49,057 nucleotides of DNA from Archangium sp. (GTDB lineage Bacteria > Myxococcota > Myxococcia > Myxococcales > Myxococcaceae). Of the stretch, positions 19,385 through 29,596 are shown in pieces (within the stretch, counting starts at the first letter, position 1; each line of letters starts with the position of its first letter). Both the position numbers and the translations under genes were made by a program. The notes under the pieces are model-generated. The model was not told the origin of the DNA. It did not search any database and worked only from the letters and a program-made list of their open reading frames with translations. The stretch spans positions 1-49,057 of the forward strand of contig JANLPS010000080.1 in assembly GCA_031367385.1 (NCBI GenBank), given 5' to 3'.

Positions 19385-20686
19385 CTACGACTTGCGATTT
19401 CGCGTGCGGTCGATCAGCGCTCGAATCGCGTCGGTGCCGGGCAGGCGAGCGGTGCGCAGGTTGGCGGCCCTCCACGTGAGGGTCTCCACTGCGTCGAAGA
19501 CCCGATTCGACAAGGTGCGTGGCAGGGCCGCCGTCTCGGGCTCGTCGACCGCCTCGGGCAAGTCGAACTCCACCCACTTCGGAGCGCAGGGCGCGGCCAT
19601 TACGAAGCTGCCCGGCCTCGACAGCGTGACCGGTGCCCGCGCGTTCGGCGAGTCGGGAGCGGGCAGCTTTCGAGCGGCTTTGTCGACCCCTTCGAGCAGC
19701 GTATCGAGCTGCGCGTCGCTGATCGTCGCGGCGACCGAGAACAACAACCTCGAGCGGTGACCGGCGAGCAGTGCCCGGGTCGCGATGCCCGCTTCGAGCA
19801 GGGCGCGCAGCCACTGGTCGGTGAGCGCTTCATCGCCCAACCACACGGGCACCCACGGCGTCACGCAGGGCCCGGTGTCGAGGCCGCGCTGGCGAAAGGC
19901 GTTGAGCAGGCGCTGTGCGACGTCGAAGGCCCGTGATCGCCGCTGGGGCTCGCTGTGCAGAATTTCGAGCGCGCGCAACGTCGCGGCGACCGAGGGGAGC
20001 GACGGCGCGGCAGCCGTGAACGCTTGAACCGCCGCGACCAGCGGGCGCTTGCCTGCGGCGACCCACCCATGGCCTCCGAGGGCGCCCAGCGAGAGCAGGT
20101 GCAGGTCGCCCTGGCCCGCGATGCCGAGGTGCTCGGCGACTCCGCCGCCCGTCGCCCCGAGAACGCCAAGGCCGTGGGCTTCGATTGAGATGACGGTGCT
20201 CTGCTCGTGTTGGGCCTGCTCGAACAGTCTCGGTAATGGCGAGAGGTCGCCTTCGAAAGGGTGCAGGGCATCGGTGACGAACAGGCGGCCGATGGGGGCG
20301 TTGCCCGCATCGAGCGAGAGCACTTCGCTGGCCATGACGTCGACCCGTCGGGCGGTGCGGCCTTCGGCGGCGACGCGGCCGGGCAGAGCACTGAGCAGCG
20401 AGAGGTCAGGCATCAACGCGGCGGCTTCGAGGTTCAGGTGGCTCGCGAGGCGTGACTCGAGCTCCTCCCTCAGACGAGTGAGCGGGCCGGGGGCGAGGCC
20501 GAACTTGCGAATGGCTCCGATTGCCGCTTCGCGAACGCGCACGTCGGCGGCCAGGCCGAGGAGGTCGTCGGTGCTGCCCTGAATGCACCGGGCGCCCGCA
20601 GACTCGACCTCGGCAGCGCTCAAGATGGCGTCGATTCGCACGTTCGAGACGACGCGTTCAAGGTGGGTCAGATCAGTCAACGGCAC
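19385..20686 (-). CDS. degenerate alpha-oxoamine synthase (BioF/SPT-like) fold protein
   Basis: DDLLGLA, LEsRLA.HL..EAA, EGDLSPL and EAHGLGVLG motifs; PLP lysine motif absent. Confidence 0.75.
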   Translation of the reverse strand: MPLTDLTHLERVVSNVRIDAILSAAEVESAGARCIQGSTDDLLGLAADVRVREAAIGAIRKFGLAPGPLTRLREELESRLASHLNLEAAALMPDLSLLSALPGRVAAEGRTARRVDVMASEVLSLDAGNAPIGRLFVTDALHPFEGDLSPLPRLFEQAQHEQSTVISIEAHGLGVLGATGGGVAEHLGIAGQGDLHLLSLGALGGHGWVAAGKRPLVAAVQAFTAAAPSLPSVAATLRALEILHSEPQRRSRAFDVAQRLLNAFRQRGLDTGPCVTPWVPVWLGDEALTDQWLRALLEAGIATRALLAGHRSRLLFSVAATISDAQLDTLLEGVDKAARKLPAPDSPNARAPVTLSRPGSFVMAAPCAPKWVEFDLPEAVDEPETAALPRTLSNRVFDAVETLTWRAANLRTARLPGTDAIRALIDRTRNRKS

Positions 20687-20704
20687 GATGCGGGGTATAC
20701 CGCT

Positions 20705-22580
20705 TCACTGACAGCGATGGGTGCTCGGTGCACAGCTGAGCGAGCAGCAATCAAAGTTCGAGCTGCAGGGCCCGTTTGGGGGGGTGGCAGGTCGTGTCGC
20801 ACCTGCCAAGCGAGTTTCGCACCAGGCCATCGCAACAGTCATTCGAGCTCGCCGCGGCGCCCTGGTACGGCACGCAGGTGCTCCGGCAGGTCTGCAATTG
20901 ATTCAACGTGTCGGAGCCGCAGAAGTGCACCGTGCTGCAGCACTCGGTGCTCGAAGCGCATTGCGCGCCGGCCTGCTTGCACGTCGGGGTCGCTGCCACA
21001 CAGGCGCCGTTCGTACACACAGCGCTGCAGCAATCACCCGCGCTGGTGCATGCGTGGCTCACCGCGCCACAGCTCGATGCACAGCGGGCGTCGACACAAA
21101 ACGGAGTCGCCGCGCAGCACGCCGCGCTCGAAGCGCAGCTCGACCCCGAAGCGCCGCAGGTCGGTTTTGCGGTGCAGACTCCGCTGACGCAGTTGCCCGA
21201 GCAGCAACTGCCGGTGCCGCACGAAGCGCCGATTGGCACACAGGCCGACACGGCCTCGCAGCTCGTGCCAGTGCAGGTGAGACCACCGCAACAATCGGCC
21301 GTCGAACAGCTCTGGCCTGACTCGGCGCACGGGGGCCGGGTCTGTGAATCGACGCATCTGCCGTCGGCACACGAGAGGCGGGCACAGCACTCGCCCAGGC
21401 CCGCGCCGCAGCCTTCGCCCGTCCCGCTGCACGAGGTCAGCAATTCGCAGACACCCCCGGTGCAGGTCTCCGAGCAGCACTCCTTCGCTGCCGCGCAGGC
21501 TTCGCCGCCGAACTTGCACGAGAAATCATCGACGCAGGTGCCGTGATCGCACGAGCCGGGGAAGCAACAATCAACGGTCGTCGTACAGGATGAACCGGCC
21601 CCGAAGCAGAAGCGGCCCTCGAGGGTGTCGATTTGGCATCGACCGCCGAAGCAGGTGTACCCGGGGCAGCAGCCTGGGCCGCACGTGCCGGTGCCAACGG
21701 GTTCGCACTGATCGAAGCTGCAGCGCCCCTCGATGCAAGACTGCGAGAGGCAGTCTTCATGGTTGTAGCAAGGGTCGCCCTTCTTGCGCTGAGTGCAGTG
21801 GCCGCTCTGGCAGGTCATCGAGCCGCAGCAGTCGGTAGAGTACTGACAGGTGCTCCCGACCAGGCGGCAGCAGCGGTACCCGCCTTTGTACATGCACGAG
21901 TCAGCGTCGGCGCAGCACTCGGTGACCGAGGTGCAGCCGAGGCTGCTGTCGAGTTGGGTACAGGTCTTCGGGTCGGGGCGAACGTCGCAGGCACCGGCTC
22001 GGCAAAACCCCGAGCAGCACTCGATGTCTTTCGCGCATGGCAGTTGCTGACCCGCACATTCGCGGCATTCACCCGAGAGGCACTTGGCGCTGCCGCAACA
22101 GGCATCGGTACCGCTGCCGCAGGCGTTGCCGGTGCCAACGCAGACTGCCGGGGTCGTCGTGCACTGGTGGTTCTCACACGTCAGGCCGGCACAGCAGCCC
22201 CCGGCTTCGTCGGTGCAGAAAGCGCCGTGGGGTATGCAGTAGCTCTGCGGCTTGCAGACCGACTGGCCACAGCTCAGGCCATCGCAGCAGGCTGCGCCTT
22301 CGCACAACACCCCATACTGTTCGCACCCGCCGTCGAGACGCCCCAGCGGCGGCCCGGCGTCACGGCCGGGGGTGACGATCTGCCCTGCGTCACTCGAGAT
22401 GGCCGACCCGCTGTCAGCCGATGGAAAAGACCCGTCTGGCGCGGGCGTCGACCCGTCAGGAGTGGGGCTCCCGCCGCTTTGCGCACCAGAGCAGCCACAC
22501 ACCACCACCACCACGAGGGCCGTCACTCTCAGCACGACCGGCCATGTAGCATCGGTCGTTTGGGCCGTAACACCCCGCAA
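20705..22580 (-). CDS. Cys-rich tandem knottin-like repeat lipoprotein (frameshift near 3' end)
   Basis: About 18 C-C-CC-C-C units; the frame as read stops at 20751, but the Cys pattern continues in a shifted frame to TGA at 20705. Confidence 0.75.
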
Positions 22581-22641
22581 CCTCAGAAATAGGCGATTGA
22601 GCCATGCAGTTCAAGCCGTCGTGAACTATATGAACTGCACC

Positions 22642-23619
22642 ATGGACCCGACCATCGCTTTCAAAGGGTATCTGCGCCAAGTCGAGCAGTTGATCGTCGA
22701 GCATCTCGGAGGCCCCGCGCCCTCGGTCGATGACACGCTGGTCGGCGCCGCGAGGCATTTGGTGCTGGGCGCAGGCAAGCGCGCTCGCCCGTTGCTGGTG
22801 AAGATCTTCGGCGAGACCCTTCAGGTGCCCGAGGCGAAGCTGATCGACGCTGGAGTCGCGGCAGAGCTGATTCACGCGGCGTCGCTGCTGCACGATGACG
22901 TGGTCGACGCGGGCATGTACCGGCGCGGCCGGCCCACGGTAAATGCCCGCTGGGGCAACATCGTGGCGGTCATGTCGGGTGACCTGCTCTTGTCGGGCGC
23001 GCTGTTGCGGCTGGCGAAGTTCGACCCCCGGCTGACGGCGAGCGCGTTGGCGACGGTCTCAGAGATGACCCGTGCCGCCATCGCCGAAGTCGAAGCCCGC
23101 GGCAACTTGGACCTGACCCTCGAGCAATTGCGCTCGATTGGTGAGGGCAAGACGGGGTCGCTCTTCGGGTGGTGCGGCGTGGCAGCGGCGACGGTGGCAG
23201 GCAACGAAGACGCGGCCCGGCGCTTCGATGCGTTCGGCCGAAAAATCGGAGTCGCCTTTCAAATGGCCGACGACATTCGCGACATCACTGGCACCGACGA
23301 GGGCAAGCCGCAGTACGCCGACCTCCAGTCGCGCACGCCGTCACTCCCGGTGCTGCTGGCGGTCGGAGCCGACGTGAAGCTCAAGAAGCGCATCGCCGAG
23401 GCCTGGAGCTTCAGCTCGCTGACCCCTGAGCGCGCACGTGAGTTGGGCACGGCGGTGCTGGTCTCGGGCGCGCTCGACCGGGCGACCGACATGATGAACG
23501 TCGAGATCGACGCGGCCGTGCACGCCCTTGGGCCGTACGCAGAGAATGAAATCGGCGCGAACCTGGTGATGTGGGCGCGGGCGTTGGCGCAGGGCATCGC
23601 CCTCAAGGGAGCCGCATGA
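22642..23619 (+). CDS. polyprenyl diphosphate synthase
   Basis: GKRARP, LLHDDVVD (FARM), RRG, GKTG, DDIRD (SARM). Confidence 0.92.
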   Translation: MDPTIAFKGYLRQVEQLIVEHLGGPAPSVDDTLVGAARHLVLGAGKRARPLLVKIFGETLQVPEAKLIDAGVAAELIHAASLLHDDVVDAGMYRRGRPTVNARWGNIVAVMSGDLLLSGALLRLAKFDPRLTASALATVSEMTRAAIAEVEARGNLDLTLEQLRSIGEGKTGSLFGWCGVAAATVAGNEDAARRFDAFGRKIGVAFQMADDIRDITGTDEGKPQYADLQSRTPSLPVLLAVGADVKLKKRIAEAWSFSSLTPERARELGTAVLVSGALDRATDMMNVEIDAAVHALGPYAENEIGANLVMWARALAQGIALKGAA

Positions 23620-24170
23620 AAGGCTACCTCTGGGCACCCGCCGAGGTGGCGGCTCCGAAGCACGAGCCGCATCTCTCGAGCTGGGAGGCCGTTGCGGTCG
23701 ACGCGGTCGGCAATGTGATTGAGTTCTGGGGCTTCAAGCGAAATCAGGGGCGGGTGTGGGCGCTGCTCTACCTGCGCGACGTCACCCTGACCGCGGCTGA
23801 GATCGAACGCGAGCTCGACCTGTCGAAGGGCGGCGTGTCGATGCTGCTGCGTGACCTCGAGCGGTGGGGCGTCATTCTCCGCGTGCGCTCGACCGGTGAG
23901 ACCTCGTGGCGGTACCGCGCCGAAACCGACCTGCTCAAGATGGCCCGGCACGTGATTGAAGAGCGCGAGTTCGCCTTCATTGCGCGCATTCGCAGCGACC
24001 TTGCCGAAGCGAGAAAGATGGCTGAAGCCGACGCCACTACCGCTCCGGCGCAGGTCACGCGTCTCAAGAAGATGGAGTCACTCGCCGACGCCACCGAGCG
24101 CGCCCTCAAGCTGTTCTTGAAGACCTCGAAGCTCGACGTGGGCGGCATGTTTCAGCTGTTTCGGTCGTGA
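23616..24170 (+). CDS. GbsR/MarR-family transcriptional regulator
   Basis: WGFKRNQGRVWALLYL and LDLSKGGVSMLLRDLERWG wHTH. Confidence 0.85.
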   Translation: MKGYLWAPAEVAAPKHEPHLSSWEAVAVDAVGNVIEFWGFKRNQGRVWALLYLRDVTLTAAEIERELDLSKGGVSMLLRDLERWGVILRVRSTGETSWRYRAETDLLKMARHVIEEREFAFIARIRSDLAEARKMAEADATTAPAQVTRLKKMESLADATERALKLFLKTSKLDVGGMFQLFRS

Positions 24171-24195
24171 GCCACTGACGTGGTAGAGCCGTGAG

Positions 24196-24714
24196 ATGGA
24201 CGCACACTACGACCAAGTGATGAAGGCCCGCGAAGCCGCGGGGCAGGGCAGCAAGAAGTACTTCGCCTACTCGACGGTGCTCGATCGCGCGGCGTTCGAA
24301 GAGTGGCGCGGCCAGCACTCGTACGACTTCTTCGACTTACCCAAAGGCGTCATCGGCGAGGCGCTCGACGTCGGGCTGGTTTACGACTTTCCTTCGCGGT
24401 GGTGGGGAGGCCGGGTTGCGGGCTTGAAAGACGCGCCGGGGTCGAAGGTGTTCGGCGTGGTGTTCGAGATCGCCGAGAAAGACTGGGCGATCATCTCGCA
24501 CAAAGAGGGCGGCGTGACCGGCATGTGCATCGAGCGCCCGGTGACGGTGAAGGTTGGCGGCGACACTGTTCAGGCGACGGCGTTCACCACCAACCCCGTG
24601 CGTCAGAGCCTCGATGGCCCGATCAGCCCGCGCTTCATCGAAGCGATCGTTCGCGGGGCGCAGTCAGCGGGGTTGCCCGCCGAGTGGGTCGCGACCCTCT
24701 CGAAGCCCGCCTAG
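24196..24714 (+). CDS. gamma-glutamylcyclotransferase-fold protein
   Basis: YFAYS, V.GVVFEI, KEG, P.SPRF...IVRGA...GLP.EW motifs. Confidence 0.8.
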   Translation: MDAHYDQVMKAREAAGQGSKKYFAYSTVLDRAAFEEWRGQHSYDFFDLPKGVIGEALDVGLVYDFPSRWWGGRVAGLKDAPGSKVFGVVFEIAEKDWAIISHKEGGVTGMCIERPVTVKVGGDTVQATAFTTNPVRQSLDGPISPRFIEAIVRGAQSAGLPAEWVATLSKPA

Positions 24715-24788
24715 AGCAATCGGCTGATGTTACAACTGGAGTTACAGAAATGTCCCGACAATCGGGACATATTTGTACGACAGGTGAC

Positions 24789-26966
24789 CTACGGCTTATC
24801 GATGGGCGCGAGCCACATCACGCTCAGTGGCGGCAACGTCAGCGTCAGCGAGCCGGGCTGGTGGTCCCACGATTGGGTATCGGCGAGCTGAGGCGCATTC
24901 GTCACCCCTGAGCCGCCGAACTCGTTCGAGTCGGTGTTGAGAATCTCGGCCCAATACCCACCGGCGGGCACGCCGACCCGATACCCATGCCGCACCTCGG
25001 GCGAGAGGTTCGCGACGCAGAGCACCTCGCGCCACGCGTTGTGCCCGCGCCGAACGAACGCGTACACATTCAGGTCGGCCGCGTCGGCCTGCACCCACTG
25101 AAACCCGTTGTGCCAGAAGTCGCTCTCGTGCAGCGAGCCCTCGTGGGCGTACAGCGCATTCAGCCGCTTCACCAACGCCTGCATCGTGCGATGCGGCTCG
25201 TACTGCAGCAGGTGCCAATCGAGGCTGGCGTCGGCGTTCCACTCCTTCCACTGGGCGAACTCCTGGCCCATGAAGAGCAGCTTCTTGCCCGGGTGCGCCC
25301 ACATCCACCCCAAGAGGGCGCGCAGGTTGGCGAACTTCTGCCAGTCGTCGCCCGGCATCTTGGCGATGAGCGACTTCTTGCCGTGCACCACTTCGTCGTG
25401 GCTGATCGGCAGCACGAAGTCTTCTGAGTACGCGTACAGCAGCCCGAAGGTCAGCTGGTGGTGGTGAAAGCGCCGGTGCACGGGCTCTTTCTCGAAGTAC
25501 TGCAGGGTGTCGTGCATCCACCCCATGTTCCACTTGTGGGTGAAGCCCAGGCCACCTTGCGCAGTCGAGCGGCTGACCTGCGGCCACGAGGTCGACTCCT
25601 CGGCCATCACCATCACATCGGGGTACAGCGAGCCCATCGTCTCGTTGAGCTCTCGCAAGAAGGTGATCGCCTCTTCGTTCTCACGCCCGCCATAGCGGTT
25701 GGGTATCCACTCCCCGGGGGCGCGGGAGTAATCGAGGTAGAGCATCGAGGCCACCGCGTCGACGCGCAGGCCATCGATGTGAAATTCATCGACCCAGAAC
25801 AAGGCATTGGCGATGAGAAAATTTCGAACCTCGTTTCGGCCGAAGTTGAAGATCAGCGTGCCCCAATCAGGGTGCGCGCCTCGCCGGGGGTCTGAGTGCT
25901 CGTACAGCGCGGTGCCGTCGAACTGCGCGAGCGCCCACGCATCACGGGGAAAGTGGCCTGGCACCCAATCGACCAGCACGCCAATGCCGGCCTGGTGGAG
26001 CGCGTCGACCAGAAACCGGAAGTCGTCAGGCGTGCCGAACCGCGAGGTGGGCGAATAATACGAGCTGACCTGGTAGCCCCACGAGCCGCCGAACGGGTGC
26101 TCGGCCACCGGCAACAGCTCGACGTGGGTGAAGCCCATCTCTTTCGCGTACGCGGGCAGCTGCACTGCCAACTCACGGTAGGTCAGCGGCCGGTTGCCCT
26201 CTTCAGGCACGTGCCGCCACGAAGCGAGGTGCACTTCGTAGATCGAGATCGCCTTGCGGCTGCGGTTCTGCGCGCGGCGGGCAGCGAGCCAGCGCTGATC
26301 GGCCCATTGGTGGCGCGAGCGCTGAACGACCGAGGCCGTGAGCGGGGGCACTTCGGTGCGAAAAGCGACCGGGTCGGCTTTGAGCTTGGTGCCACCGCCA
26401 TGCGTACGCAGCTCGAACTTGTAGCGCGCGCCATCGGTGACGCCGGGCACGAAGAGCTCCCACACGCCTGAGGCGCCCATCGAGCGCATCTGGTGCACGC
26501 GCCCGTCCCACCCGTTGAAGTCGCCGACGACCGAGACCCCTTCGGCGTTGGGGGCCCACACCGCGAAGGCCGTACCGTCGACGCCCTGGTGGCGAATCGG
26601 GCGGGCGCCGAGGCGCTCCCAGAGACGGCGGTGGCGGCCTTCACCGACGAAGTGGAGGTCTTGCTCACCGAGCGTGGGCTCGAAGCTGTACGGGTCGCGA
26701 AAGGTCGAGGTCTCGATCGGGGTCTTGACCTCGATCTCGTACGACGGGGCGGTGGTCGAGGCCCATTGCGCCTCAAAAACACCGGGAAAATCGGGGCGCT
26801 GATGAAGCGGTAGCCTGCGGTTGGCCGCAATGGCAACCACCTGCGTGGCCTCGGGGTGAAAGACCCGCAAAACCACGTCAGGCCCGGCCGGGTGAATACC
26901 CAGCAGGGAATGTGGATCGGGGTGACGCAGCGAAACCAGCCGGTTGAGGGCGTTTTCGCGCATCAC
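24789..26966 (-). CDS. glgB: 1,4-alpha-glucan branching enzyme
   Basis: FAVWAPNA, IYEVH, SWGYQ, DWVPGHF, RVDAVASM, AEES, WNMGWMHD, SHDEVVHGK. Confidence 0.97.
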   Translation of the reverse strand: MMRENALNRLVSLRHPDPHSLLGIHPAGPDVVLRVFHPEATQVVAIAANRRLPLHQRPDFPGVFEAQWASTTAPSYEIEVKTPIETSTFRDPYSFEPTLGEQDLHFVGEGRHRRLWERLGARPIRHQGVDGTAFAVWAPNAEGVSVVGDFNGWDGRVHQMRSMGASGVWELFVPGVTDGARYKFELRTHGGGTKLKADPVAFRTEVPPLTASVVQRSRHQWADQRWLAARRAQNRSRKAISIYEVHLASWRHVPEEGNRPLTYRELAVQLPAYAKEMGFTHVELLPVAEHPFGGSWGYQVSSYYSPTSRFGTPDDFRFLVDALHQAGIGVLVDWVPGHFPRDAWALAQFDGTALYEHSDPRRGAHPDWGTLIFNFGRNEVRNFLIANALFWVDEFHIDGLRVDAVASMLYLDYSRAPGEWIPNRYGGRENEEAITFLRELNETMGSLYPDVMVMAEESTSWPQVSRSTAQGGLGFTHKWNMGWMHDTLQYFEKEPVHRRFHHHQLTFGLLYAYSEDFVLPISHDEVVHGKKSLIAKMPGDDWQKFANLRALLGWMWAHPGKKLLFMGQEFAQWKEWNADASLDWHLLQYEPHRTMQALVKRLNALYAHEGSLHESDFWHNGFQWVQADAADLNVYAFVRRGHNAWREVLCVANLSPEVRHGYRVGVPAGGYWAEILNTDSNEFGGSGVTNAPQLADTQSWDHQPGSLTLTLPPLSVMWLAPIDKP

Positions 26967-26973
26967 GACCGAC

Positions 26974-27147
26974 TTACTTGCCAGCGTCGAGCGTGTACAC
27001 GCACTTATTGCCGGTGCACGTGGTGATGTTGTTCAGCTTGGGCGCGCAGTCGAACGTGTCGACGCACTCCGGGTTGCAAGCCGAGAACAGCATCGAGGCG
27101 GCGGCGGCCAGGGCGACGACGGCGACAATCGTAGATTTTTTGTTCAT
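26974..27147 (-). CDS. small Cys-rich lipoprotein (57 aa)
   Basis: GGAGGG RBS, lipobox FSAC, four further Cys, ends DAGK. Confidence 0.7.
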   Translation of the reverse strand: MNKKSTIVAVVALAAAASMLFSACNPECVDTFDCAPKLNNITTCTGNKCVYTLDAGK

Positions 27148-27299
27148 TTGAAATCCCTCCAAAGGACACGCGAACGGGAATGCACTCCCGAGTTGAGGCC
27201 GCGGGTTGTACGCGAGACGCATAGAGCGTCAATCACAAAGTGTCGATTTTGTGGCCGAAGGCACGCTTCAGGTGACTGGCTTGATATGCCTTTGGCTCG

Positions 27300-29405
27300 A
27301 TGCGATCGCTGCTGCTCCTATGTTTGACCATGCTCGCCTGCAGTGGCGCGGCGCCCTCCGCGGGCCCCGTGCGGCGGTGTACCGAGCAACTGAGATACGC
27401 CCCGGATATTTCGGGCGCGGTTCAAATACGGGGTGAGTGGAGCAACTTCGCCGCCGAGCCGATGACCGAGAAGAACGGAGTCTGGTCATGGGAGGGCACG
27501 CTGCCCCAACGCCAACAGGGGTACGCCTACCGGTACGAGGTCAATGGCGAGCAGCTCAACGACCCGCTCAACGGGTTCACCCGGTGGGTCGGCCAGACCG
27601 AGTATTCGCGGGTGTTCACGCCCGATTGTTCGAAGCCGCTGGTCGAGGTGACGCAGTTCGAGGTGACTGCGTCGGGTGAGCTGACGGTGGCACTGCTGGC
27701 GTCGCTCGGGTCGGCAAACCGCACGCTCAGCCCGCCGGTCATCGCGCTCGATGACGCGACCCTGACCGAGCCGCTCAACGCCGCGACGGGGGTGTTCACG
27801 GTGCACCAGACCGGGTTGAGCGCAGGCAAGCACCGCTTGTCGATCGAGCTCTCCGATGTGAGCGGGGCGAAGGCAGAGCCGTTGATCTTGCCGTTCTGGG
27901 TCGAGGCGAAGCCGTTTCAGTGGCGAGACGCGCTGCTGTACTTCGCGTTCACCGACCGGTTTCGCGATGGCGACCCGGCCAACTCAACGCCCACGCCGAA
28001 GGTCGACCCACAAGCCAACTACCAGGGCGGAGACTTCGCCGGGCTCACCGCGGTGATCGACGAAGGGTACTTCGACAAGCTCGGAGTCACCGCGATCTGG
28101 CTGTCTCCAGTCGACCAGAACCCTGACGGCGCGTTCATGGGTACGGGAGGGCACCTCTACACGGGGTACCACGGCTATTGGCCCTCGGCTCCACGGGCGG
28201 TGCAGACCCGCTTCGGTGACCTGGCCGCGCTCAAGAAGCTCACCCACACCGCGCACGCCCACGGCATTCGCGTGGTCGGAGACCTGGTGCTCAACCACGT
28301 GCACGAGAGCCACCCGTACTTCACCGCGCACCAGGACGACGGCTGGTTCAACACCGGCAACAGCTGCGTGTGCGGCACGAGTGGGTGCAGCTACGACGAC
28401 AAGCCGTTGGTGTGCTGGTTTACCGCCTACCTCCCTGATGTGAATTGGCGAAACACGGCGGTGGCCGATCAGGTGACCTCAGACGTGCTGTGGTGGGTCG
28501 AGAACGCCGACTTCGACGGGTTTCGGCTCGACGCGGTGAAGCACTTCGATCAGACCGCGGTTCGCTCGGTGCGTGCCTCGCTGGCCAAGATCACCGCTGT
28601 CACCGGCGTGCCATTTTACCTCGTGGGAGAAACCTTCACGGGCTCCGATGGCCGCGCGCAGATCAAGTCGGTCATCGGGCCACAGTTGCTCGATGGCCAA
28701 TTCGACTTTCCGCTCTACTGGCCGGTGATTGACGCCTTCGCGAAGGGCCAATCGCTGCGCGGCGTCGAAGCGGCGATGCGGCAGAACGAGCTGACGTATT
28801 CGGCCGAGACGGTGAACTCACCCTTTCTGGGCAATCACGACGTGGCGCGGTTCATCTCGACGGCGGCGGGGCAGATCACCGACGACCCCGGGGGTCAGGC
28901 GTGGGCCTCGACGAAACCTCCGAGCACAGTCGAGAGTGACGAGGCGTTTCGCAAGGCGAAGTGGGCCTTCACCTTCGTGCTGACCCAGCCCGGCATGCCG
29001 CTCATCTATTACGGAGACGAAATCGGTCTGCCCGGCGCCGGTGACCCCGACAATCGCAGGCTGATGAAGTGGGGTGCGCTGCTGCCACGCGAAGCCGACC
29101 TGCTGGCATTCATGCAGAAGCTGGGCACCACGCGGCAAGCCCACGCAGCGTTGCGCACGGGCGCGCGAGATACGCTCTTCGTCGACGACGAGGCCCTGGT
29201 GCTGCAGAAAAGCAGTGCCGACGAGGCCGTTTTGGTGGTGATCAACCGCAGCGCTTCGGCACGCACGGTAGCGGTCAGTCTGACCCGGCAATTGGCGGGC
29301 GCCAGTCATGCCTTCGTCGACGCACTCTCAGGAGCCACCCTCGAGGTGAGCACCGAGCTGACGATGCCGGCGAACGCTTCGATGCTGCTCATCGAAAAAC
29401 GGTGA
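27300..29405 (+). CDS. GH13 alpha-amylase-family lipoprotein
   Basis: Lipobox MLAC; DRF.DGD, YHGYW, DLVLNH, GFRLDAVKH, GE, FLGNHD, YYGDEIG. Confidence 0.93.
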   Translation: MRSLLLLCLTMLACSGAAPSAGPVRRCTEQLRYAPDISGAVQIRGEWSNFAAEPMTEKNGVWSWEGTLPQRQQGYAYRYEVNGEQLNDPLNGFTRWVGQTEYSRVFTPDCSKPLVEVTQFEVTASGELTVALLASLGSANRTLSPPVIALDDATLTEPLNAATGVFTVHQTGLSAGKHRLSIELSDVSGAKAEPLILPFWVEAKPFQWRDALLYFAFTDRFRDGDPANSTPTPKVDPQANYQGGDFAGLTAVIDEGYFDKLGVTAIWLSPVDQNPDGAFMGTGGHLYTGYHGYWPSAPRAVQTRFGDLAALKKLTHTAHAHGIRVVGDLVLNHVHESHPYFTAHQDDGWFNTGNSCVCGTSGCSYDDKPLVCWFTAYLPDVNWRNTAVADQVTSDVLWWVENADFDGFRLDAVKHFDQTAVRSVRASLAKITAVTGVPFYLVGETFTGSDGRAQIKSVIGPQLLDGQFDFPLYWPVIDAFAKGQSLRGVEAAMRQNELTYSAETVNSPFLGNHDVARFISTAAGQITDDPGGQAWASTKPPSTVESDEAFRKAKWAFTFVLTQPGMPLIYYGDEIGLPGAGDPDNRRLMKWGALLPREADLLAFMQKLGTTRQAHAALRTGARDTLFVDDEALVLQKSSADEAVLVVINRSASARTVAVSLTRQLAGASHAFVDALSGATLEVSTELTMPANASMLLIEKR

Positions 29406-29407
29406 AG

Positions 29408-29596
29408 TTACGCGGTCTTTTGCTTGTAGAAGAACATGATCGAGTAACAGTGAAACTCGTTGTCGCTCGACTGGCGCACGACCTTGTCGACGATCTCGAG
29501 GTCGGCGTTGCTCTTGAGCCAGCGGGTGACGTTTTCGCTCAACTCTTCGCGTTCTTTTGCTTTCGTCGCTGAAAAGACCTTGACGCCTGTGAACAT
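29408..29596 (-). CDS. small hypothetical protein (62 aa)
   Basis: MFTGVKVFSATK...HCYSIMFFY with host-like codons. Confidence 0.7.
   Translation of the reverse strand: MFTGVKVFSATKAKEREELSENVTRWLKSNADLEIVDKVVRQSSDNEFHCYSIMFFYKQKTA

Noticed and set aside
22252..22641. N-terminal extension of the polyprenyl synthase (similarly 45828-46196 for ExbB and 40594-40776 for the response regulator)
   Set aside because: Overlaps neighbouring genes; family similarity starts at the downstream ATG
22642..24714. Terpene or carotenoid biosynthetic cluster
   Set aside because: Only a prenyl synthase; no cyclase, phytoene synthase or desaturase in the window
24729..24777. dif site
   Set aside because: TGTAAC resembles a XerD arm end, but the 11-6-11 layout with ATAA/TTAT is absent
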